From Gammaproteobacteria bacterium (lineage in GTDB: Bacteria > Pseudomonadota > Gammaproteobacteria > Eutrophobiales > Eutrophobiaceae), in contig CBDCDS010000003.1 of assembly GCA_965215365.1 (NCBI GenBank), positions 1,280,001 through 1,344,000 on the forward strand: a stretch of DNA of 64,000 bases, read 5' to 3'. The position numbers were made by a program, and so were the translations under genes. How positions within the stretch are numbered: position 1 is the stretch's first letter; each line of letters begins with the position of its first letter. Below, one piece after another: positions 1 through 8,985 of the stretch. The notes beneath the pieces were generated by a model. It searched no databases. It was not told where the DNA came from and saw nothing but the letters and a program-made list of their open reading frames with translations.

Positions 1-488
1 ATCACACGGCGGGGATACACTGTCGCCCGGTCTACCGTTCCTTCCTCCAGTCTTTCTACTCCATTGCGAAGGAGACGATAAGCCGAATCGAGATATGCCA
101 CTTCAAAGACTTCAATTGGTAGCGAACCGAGACGCATGCGCCAGAAATTATGCAGATAGGCGGGGTCTGAAAATGAGTTTTGGTCTTCGCAATCCTGTTG
201 AAGATACAGTATCGCGGCCGCCTTGATAATCTGTAAAGCGACCGGGGTGATTGTGCCAATACCAGGCGTTGCCTGCAGCTCTGTGGCCGACGCATCGAGA
301 ATGCCGCGCAGGTTGTTAAAGCGCTTGATCAGGGCTTTTGCAAGTTGTTTTACATCTCCCCGCGGGATTGCCAGGGTCAGGAGCAATTCAATAACCTCAT
401 AGTCGGCCAGACCGGAAAATCCGCTATTGATAAAACGTTCTCGCAAACGTTGGCGGTGGCCGCTGTAATGTGGTCTTGTCTCTTTCAT
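1..488 (-). CDS. radC: RadC family (JAB domain) protein, runs off the left window edge
   Basis: Manual translation from ATG 488: MKETRPHYSGHRQRLRERFINSGFSGLADYEVIELLLTLAIPRGDVKQLAKALIKRF...EVFEVAYLDSAYRLL...EEGTVDRATVYPRRV, a typical RadC N-terminus and JAB start. It is absent from the ORF track because its stop lies outside the window. Confidence 0.9.
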   Translation of the reverse strand, partial: MKETRPHYSGHRQRLRERFINSGFSGLADYEVIELLLTLAIPRGDVKQLAKALIKRFNNLRGILDASATELQATPGIGTITPVALQIIKAAAILYLQQDCEDQNSFSDPAYLHNFWRMRLGSLPIEVFEVAYLDSAYRLLRNGVERLEEGTVDRATVYPRRV

Positions 489-569
489 ATCAAGTAGTCT
501 ACACCTCTGTGCGAAGAGGGTGGCACATCCATAACTATGGACCATATACCCTGCTTACGTATAGTCTTG

Positions 570-1733
570 CTATACATATTGCTCAAGCTGCTCCAGCGGC
601 GTTACCCAGGCCTTATCTGCATGGATGGGGTAGGCGTTTCCCTGCGGCACGACCAGGAAGAGTTTATCCAGGTTCAGGATTTCTGCTGCGGCCTTGTTGC
701 TGCGGGTGAGCGCCGGGCTGGATGAGGTTTTGCATTCAAACCCCAGGCGTTTGCCTTGGTGTGTCACTACCAGGTCGATTTCCTGACCGGTACGGGTGCG
801 GAAAAATCCGTAGTTACCTCGTGGTTGCAACATGCTGAGGATATTTTCGATGGCAAAGCCTTCCCAGCAGGCGCCGTACACGGGGTGGCTGAACAATTTC
901 TCGAAACTGTCCAGTTCCAGCAGGCCGGTCAGCAGGCCGGAGTCGCGGAGGTACAGTTTGGGTGATTTTACCAGACGTTTTTTGGTGTTCAGCGCAAACG
1001 CGGACAGGCGGCGCATCATAAAGGTGGATTCGAGAATGTCGATGTGGCGCTTCACCGTGGGGTGGGTGACATCCAGGGATTGCCCCAGTGTGGAATAGTT
1101 GATGAGCTGGCCGTGCCAATGGCAGCACATCAGCCACAGGCGCCGCATGTGCTGCGGGTTCAGGTCAACCCCGAACTGGCGCAGGTCGCGCTCGATAAAA
1201 GACTGGATGTAGGCTTCGCGCCAGCGCCTGCTCTGGTTATCGCTACCAGCCAGCCAGCTTTTTGGAAAGCCGCCGCGCCACAGCAGCGCCTGCCAATCGG
1301 GCGCGGTTGTGTTTGCGCGCAACAATTCTCGCTGCTGAAACGGTGTGACGTACACATAGGATAGTCGGCCGGCCAGGGTCTCCGAGGACTGACGCAGCAA
1401 TTCAGGCGAGGCCGAACCCAGTATCAGGAAACGCGCCGGTCGCGGCTGTGCGTCGATCAACGCGCGCAACAACGGGAACAGATCGGGGCGTAACTGCACT
1501 TCGTCCACACACACCAGTTTGTCCTGATGCAGGGATAAAAACGCCTCGGCATCCTGTAACTGAGCCAGGTGTGAATGTCGTTCCAGGTCCAGGTACAGCG
1601 AGTCGGGTCGGGATGCAATGACAGACTTTGCCAGCGTCGTCTTACCCACCTGCCTGGGCCCGAGCAGTGCCACGGCAGGAAACTGCGCCAGGTCGTCGAT
1701 AACGGTTTGTTGGATTTCCCGCTCAATAAACAT
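570..1733 (-). CDS. AAA+ ATPase (AAA_14) with C-terminal DUF4143
   Basis: Walker A GPRQVGKTT, Walker B VCVDEVQ, LGSAS...ETLAGR, RGGFP, KSPKLYLRDSGLL, C-terminal EIDLV...FECK nuclease-like motif. Confidence 0.9.
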   Translation of the reverse strand: MFIEREIQQTVIDDLAQFPAVALLGPRQVGKTTLAKSVIASRPDSLYLDLERHSHLAQLQDAEAFLSLHQDKLVCVDEVQLRPDLFPLLRALIDAQPRPARFLILGSASPELLRQSSETLAGRLSYVYVTPFQQRELLRANTTAPDWQALLWRGGFPKSWLAGSDNQSRRWREAYIQSFIERDLRQFGVDLNPQHMRRLWLMCCHWHGQLINYSTLGQSLDVTHPTVKRHIDILESTFMMRRLSAFALNTKKRLVKSPKLYLRDSGLLTGLLELDSFEKLFSHPVYGACWEGFAIENILSMLQPRGNYGFFRTRTGQEIDLVVTHQGKRLGFECKTSSSPALTRSNKAAAEILNLDKLFLVVPQGNAYPIHADKAWVTPLEQLEQYV

Positions 1734-1768
1734 GTGCTAATTGTAAATCAGATTTACAATTAGCACAA
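1733..1768 (-). promoter_or_regulatory. Perfect 17-bp inverted repeat containing a putative leaderless sigma70 promoter/operator
   Basis: TGTGCTAATTGTAAATC-A-GATTTACAATTAGCACA (1733-1767). The minus strand reads TTGTGC-N17-TACAAT-N6-ATG, with no Shine-Dalgarno. Confidence 0.7.
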
Positions 1769-1810
1769 TATGTTTTCGGGTAACTACTCCCTAGATGGAG
1801 CAATGACGCG

Positions 1811-4291
1811 TCAGAACCGCTTACGCAGCGTGATGCCCCAGGTGCGGGGTTCGCGCAGGTAGGAGGCCAGTTTGCCGTCTTGCAAGGGGACGTCAAACAT
1901 GATGCCGTGGTAGTCCTGTTGCAGGACGTTGCGCGCCCATAGCGCCACATCCAGATCAAGCGCTTCCAGCACCACCCCGGCGCGCAGGTTGAGCAGGCCG
2001 AAACCATCCTGTATCTTGAGCGGGTCGATGTTGCCGTCCATGATGATACTGCTGCGGTAATTGTAATCGGCGTGGAGATAGCCGCTGACCGTATCACTGA
2101 AGGAATGGCGGTGCGTCGCCGAGACCAGCACGGCGTGTTCCGGGTTGCCGGGCAGATCGGCCCCCGAGCGGTTGCAGAACGTAACCCCGGGGCGGGCGCC
2201 CGGGTCCGCCTGGCCGGTCTGGAACGGCGCCGCCAGCCAGCAGGTGGCCTGCTCGAACTCATCGTACTCACCGTCGTTATAGACGTAAGCGCCGGTCAGG
2301 GTCAGGTTGGTAGTCGGCGCCCAGGCGATTTCCAGTTCGCCGCCTTGGGTTTCCAGTTTGCCGGCGTTGCGCAGGTTGAAGCCGGCGCCGGTGAAGGCAT
2401 TGCTTTGAAAGTCCTTGACGGTGGTGTAATGCAGCGCCAGGTTCACCCGCAGGTTGTATTGCGGTAGCGCCAGCTTGACACCAGCCTCGACTGCACGGGT
2501 CTTCTCGGCGCCAAACACCTGGCTGAAGGCCGCCGGGATGCGGTCGGTATTGGTGCCGCCGGATTTGAAGCCGGTGGCATAACCGGCATACAGCAGCATA
2601 TTATTGCTCGGCGTCCAGTTGAGTTTAACATTCCAGGTGATTTGGTCGTCTTCAAGGGTCTCCTGCACATTCGGGCGCGGCGCAAATACCGGTCGCAGAT
2701 AAAAACCCCAACCGGGCGCGGCCAGCGGCGCCAGCGTTGCCGGGTCGGGCGCGGCCAGACCTTGGCTTACCTGCAACAGGTGGGCGCCGATTGCAGGCAG
2801 GTTGGGAGGCGGCCCGAAGTTATCCTGGGTGAACGTCCCGCGCAGGCGTTTTTGCTCGTCGGTATAGCGCAGGCCGGCGACCAGCGACCACTGTTCCAGC
2901 AACTGTACATCTATCTGGCTGAACAGCGCCCAGGCCTCGTGGTCCTGCAACATCACGTCCCGGGCGCTGCCACCCGGCGGAATTGCGGGAGCCACCCTGG
3001 GCAGGGCGCCACCGGTCAGGCGCGACAACAGGTTCATGCCGTTGATAATCGCACCCAGTTGGGGGTTGCCGCCCACCACAAAGGCTTCGAGGTCGGAACC
3101 CAGTGCAGTCTCAGTGCGGCTGTTCAAATTCTGGTTGAAATAATAGGCTCCGGCCAGATAATCGACGCGGCCGCGGCTGCCAGTGAGGCGTAGCTCCTGT
3201 GAGAACGTTTCGGACTCGCCGCGGTTGTGACGCGTGAACAGGTCGGCAGCATTGAAATCGACGTCTGAGTTATCTGTGGTATCGAAGGCACGATAGGCGC
3301 TGATGGACGTCAGCGTGGCGCCGGCGCCGAAGTCCCAGTCAACCTGCGCGGACACGCCGTGGTCCCGGTTCTGCGAGTGCGGCAGGCGCCCTAAGTCCAC
3401 AATACGGTCGTTGAACTGTTCCCCGCGCAGCAGGGGAGTGCCCAGGCTGGCCAGCAGCGCGTCGCTGCCGGGCCGGCCGTCAGCCGAGAAGAAATTGTTA
3501 AGCAGGGTGGCCGCGGCGCAGCACACCTCGTCAATCTCCGCGTAATCCAGGATCAGTCGCACCGACAAGGCCTCGGTCGGTGTATATAACAACTGTGCCC
3601 GGCCACCGTAGCGATCGCGGTCGTTGAGCAGGGAGCCGCCTTCATCAGCCTCATCGACAAATCCGTCCCGGTTGGCGGTAAAACCGGTCAGCCGTACCGC
3701 CAGCACATCTTCCACCAGCGAACCGCCGAACGCGCCATTGGCGCTGAACAGGTCAAAATTGCCGTAGTTCAACTCGAAATAACCGCCCGGTTCGTGCGTG
3801 GGCGCCACTGTGTTGAGCAGCACCGCGCCGGAGGAGGTATTGCGTCCGAACAAGGTGCCCTGCGGCCCGCGCAGGACTTCCACGCGTTCGATATCTGCCA
3901 GTTCGTTAATGAGTGAACTCTGGCGCGCGCGGTACACGCCATCCACGTACAAACCTACGGATGGTTCCAGACCGAAGTTCTGGGAACTGGTGCCGATGCC
4001 GCGTATGGAAAAATTCGCGGTGGTGGCGGTCTGGCTCTGATCGAAAATAAGGCCGGGTGCGCTTTGTTGCAGGTCGAACATGTCGGTGATGCCGTATTCG
4101 ACCAGTTGTTCGCCCGACAAGGCGGTGACGGCAACCGGGATGTCCTGGATGTTCTGCTCGCGCTTTTGCGCGGTGACGATGATCTCTTCCAGGTATCCCT
4201 GTTCCTGCGCCGTTGGCGTCAACGGCAAGGTGAGACTGCATGCCGCGACTGTGACAGCCAGCCACGTTCGTGGTTTGCTTGTGAGTAACAT
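1811..4291 (-). CDS. TonB-dependent receptor (ORF extends to 4360; probable start 4291)
   Basis: Signal-like N-terminus, TonB box LEEIIVTAQKRE, plug motif IERVEVLRGPQGTLFGRN, C-terminal Phe. GAGAGGGG precedes ATG 4291. Confidence 0.93.
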   Translation of the reverse strand: MLLTSKPRTWLAVTVAACSLTLPLTPTAQEQGYLEEIIVTAQKREQNIQDIPVAVTALSGEQLVEYGITDMFDLQQSAPGLIFDQSQTATTANFSIRGIGTSSQNFGLEPSVGLYVDGVYRARQSSLINELADIERVEVLRGPQGTLFGRNTSSGAVLLNTVAPTHEPGGYFELNYGNFDLFSANGAFGGSLVEDVLAVRLTGFTANRDGFVDEADEGGSLLNDRDRYGGRAQLLYTPTEALSVRLILDYAEIDEVCCAAATLLNNFFSADGRPGSDALLASLGTPLLRGEQFNDRIVDLGRLPHSQNRDHGVSAQVDWDFGAGATLTSISAYRAFDTTDNSDVDFNAADLFTRHNRGESETFSQELRLTGSRGRVDYLAGAYYFNQNLNSRTETALGSDLEAFVVGGNPQLGAIINGMNLLSRLTGGALPRVAPAIPPGGSARDVMLQDHEAWALFSQIDVQLLEQWSLVAGLRYTDEQKRLRGTFTQDNFGPPPNLPAIGAHLLQVSQGLAAPDPATLAPLAAPGWGFYLRPVFAPRPNVQETLEDDQITWNVKLNWTPSNNMLLYAGYATGFKSGGTNTDRIPAAFSQVFGAEKTRAVEAGVKLALPQYNLRVNLALHYTTVKDFQSNAFTGAGFNLRNAGKLETQGGELEIAWAPTTNLTLTGAYVYNDGEYDEFEQATCWLAAPFQTGQADPGARPGVTFCNRSGADLPGNPEHAVLVSATHRHSFSDTVSGYLHADYNYRSSIIMDGNIDPLKIQDGFGLLNLRAGVVLEALDLDVALWARNVLQQDYHGIMFDVPLQDGKLASYLREPRTWGITLRKRF

Positions 4292-4410
4292 AAAACCCCT
4301 CTCGTTCATGGTAACCGTGCTGCTCCCGGAGTTGCACCTGCCGGTGCAACGGATCACCACAGAATTCGAGGAAGCTGCGGCTTAACGGGAGTTTCCTGCA
4401 GCGACCCGGT

Positions 4411-4626
4411 TCAGGTCAGTTTCATTATGGCAATGGCCAGACCCGCTATACCCAACATCCACTTTATCAGCCTGTTTTCCATATTCGCCAGACTGGTTTG
4501 CATATTTGCAATATCCAGCTTTGTCGCCACCTGTTCGGCCTGGACTACATCTTCGGCCGCTGCCGTTGCCATGTCTTCTTTCACACCTGCTGCAACCAAT
4601 GCATTATAAAGCGCTAAACTGCTCAT
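4411..4626 (-). CDS. Small coiled-coil protein with C-terminal TM helix (DUF1640/CCDC90-like)
   Basis: 71 aa; ATKLDIANMQTSLANMENRLIKW followed by a hydrophobic tail; strong RBS GGAGGAAG. Confidence 0.7.
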   Translation of the reverse strand: MSSLALYNALVAAGVKEDMATAAAEDVVQAEQVATKLDIANMQTSLANMENRLIKWMLGIAGLAIAIMKLT

Positions 4627-4669
4627 AATTATTCTTCCTCCTCTCCCTTTCAGGCTATAAAAAAATTAT

Positions 4670-4759
4670 GGCCACCTCTAAACCCTCATGATCAGGGCGC
4701 TACACACCCCGGCCGGATGTAAATTTTCAAAATTTACACAGCAAAAATTAGAGGTTCCC
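4670..4759. repeat. Family-B miniature inverted-repeat element (variant)
   Basis: Ends GGCCACCTCTAA...TTAGAGGTTCCC match the ends of 7594-7746 and 41685-41836. Confidence 0.6.
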
Positions 4760-4895
4760 TTATATTTAAGGCGCCGGCAAAAATCAGCGGCTCCTTTCAA
4801 TAAAAGTTACTTGTTGATGCTTCCTTCGCTCCGTGCCTTAGGCAATGGTAATATGGCTGTATAACAAATGTCAATCGCGCAAGTATGAGTATTGA

Positions 4896-4939
4896 AGGAA
4901 TCTCCAAAAATGCCACAGAGGGCATTTTTGGAGATTCCT
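4896..4939. repeat. Family-B short palindrome (possible metZ 3' hairpin)
   Basis: AGGAATCTCCAAAAATGCC-ACAGAG-GGCATTTTTGGAGATTCCT perfect 19-bp stem; the CCAC(A/G)GAGGG loop is shared with other copies. Confidence 0.75.
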
Positions 4940-4946
4940 GAAAGCG

Positions 4947-6143
4947 TTACCGCCGGGCTTTCTTCAGTGCCGTCTCCAGATCATCCTTGAGGTCGGCCAC
5001 ATCCTCGTGGCCGATGGACAGGCGCACTAAGCCGGGTGCGATACCGCTTTGCTGCTTTTCCTCATCCGTCAACCGGTTGTGGGTGGTGGTGGCGGGATGG
5101 GTGATGGTGCTCTTGCTGTCGCCGAGATTAGCTGTGATGGAGAACAGTTCGGTATTGTCAATGAGCCGCCAGGCCGCTTCTTTCCCGCCGCTGACAACGA
5201 AGCTGACGATACCGCCGAAGTCCTGCTGCTGGCGCCGCGCCAGCTCATGCTGAGGATGGTCGGCCAGCCCCGGATAATAGACCTTGGCAATGCCCGGTCG
5301 GCCGTTCAGCCAAGCGGCCAGCTGTGCGGCGTTGCCGCTGTGGGCGGCCATGCGCAGGCCCAGGGTTTCCAGCCCCTTCAGGAACACCCAGGCGTTGAAC
5401 GGACTCATGCTGGGTCCGCCGTACTTGAGAATGGGGTACACGTTCTCGCCCAGCAGTTCTTCCCGACCCAGCACTGCGCCGCCGATACAACGCCCCTGGC
5501 CGTCCAGGTACTTGGTGGCGGAATGAATGACTATGTCGGCGCCGAGCAGCAACGGTTGTTGCAGGGCCGGCGTGCAGAAGCAGTTATCCACCACCAGCAG
5601 GCAGCCGCGGCGCCGGGCCAGCTCCGCCAGACGTTGAATATCGGCGATTTCTGTCAACGGATTGGATGGGGTTTCCAGGTATAACAGGCGCGTGCTGGCG
5701 GTAATCGCCGCCGCCCAGGCGTCGTAGTCGCTGAGCGGGACATAACTGGTGGCGATACCGAACTTGCTCAATACCTTGTTGAACAGGTTCACCGTGGTGC
5801 CGAACACGCTGCGCGAGGACACGATATGGTCGCCGCTTTGCAGCAGGCCCAGGCAGGTGCTCAAAATGGCGCCCATGCCGGAGGATGTGGCAATACACCG
5901 CGGCGCCCGCTCCATGGCCGCCAGCCGTTCTTCAAACACGCGCACCGTGGAATTGGTGAATCTGGAGTAGATATTCCCCGGTTCGTTCTCGGCAAACCGG
6001 GCCGCAGCCTGAGCCGCGTCCTTGAATACGTAGCTGGACGTCAGGAACAACGGTTCACTGTGTTCGCCTTCTGCGGTAGGTTGCCGACCGGCGCGCACCG
6101 CCAGCGTGTTCACCCCGTATCGGGCAGTATCAATTTTAGCCAT
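4947..6143 (-). CDS. metZ: O-succinylhomoserine sulfhydrylase
   Basis: EHSEPLFLTSSYVF, YSRFTN, PLP lysine motif HSATKYLDGQGR, ITANLGDSKSTITHPATTTH. GGAGG precedes ATG 6143; the ORF-track extension to 6221 is leader/MITE sequence. Confidence 0.95.
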   Translation of the reverse strand: MAKIDTARYGVNTLAVRAGRQPTAEGEHSEPLFLTSSYVFKDAAQAAARFAENEPGNIYSRFTNSTVRVFEERLAAMERAPRCIATSSGMGAILSTCLGLLQSGDHIVSSRSVFGTTVNLFNKVLSKFGIATSYVPLSDYDAWAAAITASTRLLYLETPSNPLTEIADIQRLAELARRRGCLLVVDNCFCTPALQQPLLLGADIVIHSATKYLDGQGRCIGGAVLGREELLGENVYPILKYGGPSMSPFNAWVFLKGLETLGLRMAAHSGNAAQLAAWLNGRPGIAKVYYPGLADHPQHELARRQQQDFGGIVSFVVSGGKEAAWRLIDNTELFSITANLGDSKSTITHPATTTHNRLTDEEKQQSGIAPGLVRLSIGHEDVADLKDDLETALKKARR

Positions 6144-6164
6144 GTAACCTCCTGCAAAGGGCAC

Positions 6165-6190
6165 AAAAAAACCCGCATTCAGCTTGCGGG
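6165..6190 (-). terminator. Intrinsic terminator (riboswitch expression platform) upstream of metZ
   Basis: Minus strand CCCGCA-AGCTGAA-TGCGGG-TTTTTTT. Its 5' part CCCGCAAGCTGAAT is complementary over 14 nt to the aptamer segment ATTCAGCTTGCGGG. Confidence 0.85.
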
Positions 6191-6214
6191 CTAAAGCAGG
6201 TCGGTTCTCTTTAG

Positions 6215-6455
6215 CCCGCATATCTCACCAGGTGATGCGAAGATCGCACCGGATTGGTTTTGTCTGCGGGTGCCTGCGCCCGAAAGCATAGCGGTAGCTA
6301 TGGTTGAACAAGCACGTGCCCGCAGGCAGAACCAAGACCAGCGAGGGCGCATCAAGCGCAGTGTGTCAGGTGGAAAGAGTAGCAGTATTACCATAATTTA
6401 TTGAGAGCAATCATGTGTTTCACAAGGCAACAAGCGGCTTGGTGAGATATGCGGG
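6215..6455. mobile_element. 241-bp non-autonomous MITE (family A)
   Basis: Perfect 16-bp TIRs CCCGCATATCTCACCA (6215-6230) / TGGTGAGATATGCGGG (6440-6455), flanked by a TTAG direct repeat (6211-6214, 6456-6459). Fragments of the same element occur elsewhere in the window. Confidence 0.88.
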
Positions 6456-6504
6456 TTAGCCGTATTTATAATGCGCCCGCAAGCTGAATATCAAATCGGC
6501 GCAC
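6456..6504 (-). ncRNA. SAM-II riboswitch aptamer
   Basis: GTGCGCCGATTTGATATTCAGCTTGCGGGCGCATTATAAATACGGCTAA matches the SAM-II pattern GCGCYGAUUU...UUGC..GCGC..AUAAAU..GCUAAA. It lies upstream of metZ and is preceded by TTGACA-N17-TACTGT. Confidence 0.85.
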
Positions 6505-6551
6505 AACCCGAGCACACAGTAATACATAAACCGTTGCCTGTCAAATCCACC

Positions 6552-6580
6552 TTGACGAAGCTACGCTGAGCCGGTAAAGT
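6552..6580 (+). promoter_or_regulatory. Putative sigma70 promoter for the panE-like gene
   Basis: TTGACG-N17-TAAAGT. Confidence 0.55.
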
Positions 6581-6679
6581 AGCCCCCCGAAAATGGCGCA
6601 GCTCAGCGCCCCGGCGCCCGGCTATCAAGGCGTTTCTTAAACAGCCGCGGCTGGCAACACAAACAAAACCACTGTTTTA

Positions 6680-7612
6680 ATGAAAATATGTATTATCGGT
6701 TGTGGTGCCATCGGCAGCCTGTATGCGGCGCACCTGGCGCGGCTCGATGATGTCGAAGTGTGGGCGTTTGATTTGGATCGCGGGCATGTGGGCGCCATCA
6801 ATAAAAACGGTCTGCGGCTTACCGGGTTGAGTGATTTTACCGCCACCGTCCAGGCCAGGACGGAGGTTGACGAAATCCCGGAGTGTGAACTTGGCATTAT
6901 TGCAACGAAGACCATGTTCACCCGTTCGGCCATGGCAGCCGTGGCGCCAATCTTCCGTGACGGCGCGGTCTGCTCGGTACAGAACGGCATCGGCAACGAG
7001 GAGCTCGTGGCCGAATACGCGCCGCGCGTGATCCAGGGCACCATTTTCTCGGCCGGGCACATCACCGCGCCGGGCGTGGTCAACCATGATGCCGGCGGCA
7101 AGACCTGGATCGGACCGTTTGCCACCAACCCGGCCAGCATGGCTGAGGTTGAACGACTGGCGGATGCCCTGAACCGTAGCGGTATGGACTGTCTGGCGCT
7201 GGCGGACGCGCGCGGCGCGCAGTGGACCAAGCTCATCTTCAATTCCGCCTCCAACGCCATGGGCGCGCTGACGCGCCTGCCGCACGGCGTGGCCTGCGAC
7301 CAGGACGGGGTGCGCAAGGTCATGTCGGTACTGGTGGGTGAGGGCGTAGCGGTGGCCGCGGCGCTGGGGATTACCCTGGACAGCGACCCGGAGGCGCTCA
7401 TCGACTATGGCAGGGAAAAGGCCTATTATCATCCTCCCAGTATGTTGCAAGATGTCATCGCGCAACGCTTGACCGAAGTAGATGCCCTCAATGGCGGCAT
7501 CGCCCGGCTGGGCCGGGAACTGGGCATACCGTGCCCCATGAACGAGGCCTGCGCGGCCATAATAAAGGGTCTGGAGGCCTCCTGGTCCTTGGAGGCAACC
7601 TCTAAAAATTAG
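6680..7612 (+). CDS. Ketopantoate reductase (PanE/ApbA) family oxidoreductase
   Basis: MKICIIGCGAIG Rossmann motif, SVQNGIG, WTKLIFN, SMLQD...TEVDALNG. Confidence 0.88.
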   Translation: MKICIIGCGAIGSLYAAHLARLDDVEVWAFDLDRGHVGAINKNGLRLTGLSDFTATVQARTEVDEIPECELGIIATKTMFTRSAMAAVAPIFRDGAVCSVQNGIGNEELVAEYAPRVIQGTIFSAGHITAPGVVNHDAGGKTWIGPFATNPASMAEVERLADALNRSGMDCLALADARGAQWTKLIFNSASNAMGALTRLPHGVACDQDGVRKVMSVLVGEGVAVAAALGITLDSDPEALIDYGREKAYYHPPSMLQDVIAQRLTEVDALNGGIARLGRELGIPCPMNEACAAIIKGLEASWSLEATSKN

Positions 7613-7746
7613 AGGTTGCCGTGCAGCACAAGGATGTGCTGCCATTTTTAGTCACGTCAGTGACTGAAAATGAAGGAAATGAAAAATCACACTTTTTCAT
7701 TTCCGTCTCTAAAAAATACCACGGAGGGTATTTTTTAGAGGTTCCC
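7594..7746. mobile_element. ~153-bp family-B MITE-like element overlapping the panE-like stop codon
   Basis: Ends GGCAACCTCTAAAAA...TTTTTAGAGGTTCCC with several internal hairpins; near-identical core at 41685-41836. Confidence 0.85.
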
Positions 7747-7828
7747 TGAAGTATCCTGAACATTGAGCGGGACCCCGTCGCCCCGGCGACACCATAACAG
7801 GCCGGATATCAAGCTGAGGAAACAACAC

Positions 7829-8983
7829 ATGACCGATTACATTAACCGCTTCCGTCCCAGTCAGGCAGAAATCGAACGCCGCTATGCCAATGTGCGCGCG
7901 GCCATGGAGCAGGCAGGACTGGACGCCCTGGTGGTGAGCGGCAGCGAATACACCGGCTTCGAGGGCGCGGTGCGCTATATGTGCGGGTTCCTGCTGCTGC
8001 ACCGCTACGCCTACGTCGTTATTCCCGCCACCGGCGACCCGGTGTGCGTGTTCCCCCGGGAAGCGATCTGGGTGGGCGATCATACCGCTACTTTTATCGA
8101 GCAGCGCGAGTTCCCCGCCCATTGCGGTGAGTGGATGGCGGACTTCCTGCACGGCCGGGGCGTGCAGCGGCTGGGCATTTACGGTCTGCAATACATCATT
8201 AATGTGCGCGATTATTCCGCGCTGGCCGCCAAGGACTTCGAGCTCATCGACTTTGACATTGAGTTCGACTACGCCCGCGCGCAGAAAAGTGAGGAGGAAA
8301 TTGCCTCGGTGCGTCATTCCATGGAGATCAACAAACAAGGCGTGCTGGATGTCATCCGCGCCTACCAGCCAGGCAAGACCGAGGCACAACTGATGGGCAT
8401 CGCCGAACACACCTTCGCCGCGGCCGGCTGCGCCCGCAATACCATGGACATGATTCAGGTGGGCCCGAACGGCTCCCTAGAACCGCAGATGGTGTTGCCC
8501 TCAAACCGTCCCATAGCAGACAGCGACGGCATGATGTACGGCCTGGAAATCTCCGGCGAGGGCGGCCACTGGGTCGAGTTCTCGCGCCCGGTATTCCCGC
8601 AAGGCATGGATGACATTACCCGGGAAATGATGACCGCCTATCAGGAATTCCACGAACTGGCCAAGCAGCAGATGAAGGCCGGCAATACCGCCGAGGCCGC
8701 CAGCAACGCCTGCATGAAACCGATCTTCGAGCGCGGCTATCGCTGCGGCCATGTCTGCGGCCACTCCATCGGCATGACCATGATCGAAATGCCCAGAATA
8801 GGTGAAGGCTTCGACTTCGTCCTGCCGGAGAACATGGTCTGCTCCATGCACCCCCACTTTATGAACCAGCAACGCACCCACTCCCTGTATTTTCAGGAAA
8901 CCTACCGCGTCGGCCGGGACGGCGGTGAACCCCTGTCAGGCGTGCCGATTAAGGCCTATCAGGGAGGCGAAACCGCGCTGTGA
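7829..8983 (+). CDS. M24 family (creatinase/Xaa-Pro peptidase fold) protein
   Basis: Creatinase N-domain (EIERRYANVRAAMEQAGLDALVV), RAQKSEEEI, GHSIG. GAGG precedes ATG 7829. Confidence 0.85.
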   Translation: MTDYINRFRPSQAEIERRYANVRAAMEQAGLDALVVSGSEYTGFEGAVRYMCGFLLLHRYAYVVIPATGDPVCVFPREAIWVGDHTATFIEQREFPAHCGEWMADFLHGRGVQRLGIYGLQYIINVRDYSALAAKDFELIDFDIEFDYARAQKSEEEIASVRHSMEINKQGVLDVIRAYQPGKTEAQLMGIAEHTFAAAGCARNTMDMIQVGPNGSLEPQMVLPSNRPIADSDGMMYGLEISGEGGHWVEFSRPVFPQGMDDITREMMTAYQEFHELAKQQMKAGNTAEAASNACMKPIFERGYRCGHVCGHSIGMTMIEMPRIGEGFDFVLPENMVCSMHPHFMNQQRTHSLYFQETYRVGRDGGEPLSGVPIKAYQGGETAL

Positions 8984-8985
8984 TA

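Noticed and set aside
340-380. Apparent frameshift in radC near the C/G run
   Set aside because: Careful reading gives ...ATC CCG CGG GGA GAT GTA AAA... (IPRGDVK), which is in frame.
1-1733. Prophage/ICE boundary suggested by radC plus an ATPase
   Set aside because: RadC has the full-length chromosomal-type N-terminus, and no integrase, att site, tRNA or phage structural genes are visible.
6144-6221. N-terminal extension of MetZ in the ORF track (likewise 7763-7828 and 17913-17963)
   Set aside because: The extensions run through riboswitch, MITE, palindrome or untranslated leader sequence; RBS-supported starts lie downstream.
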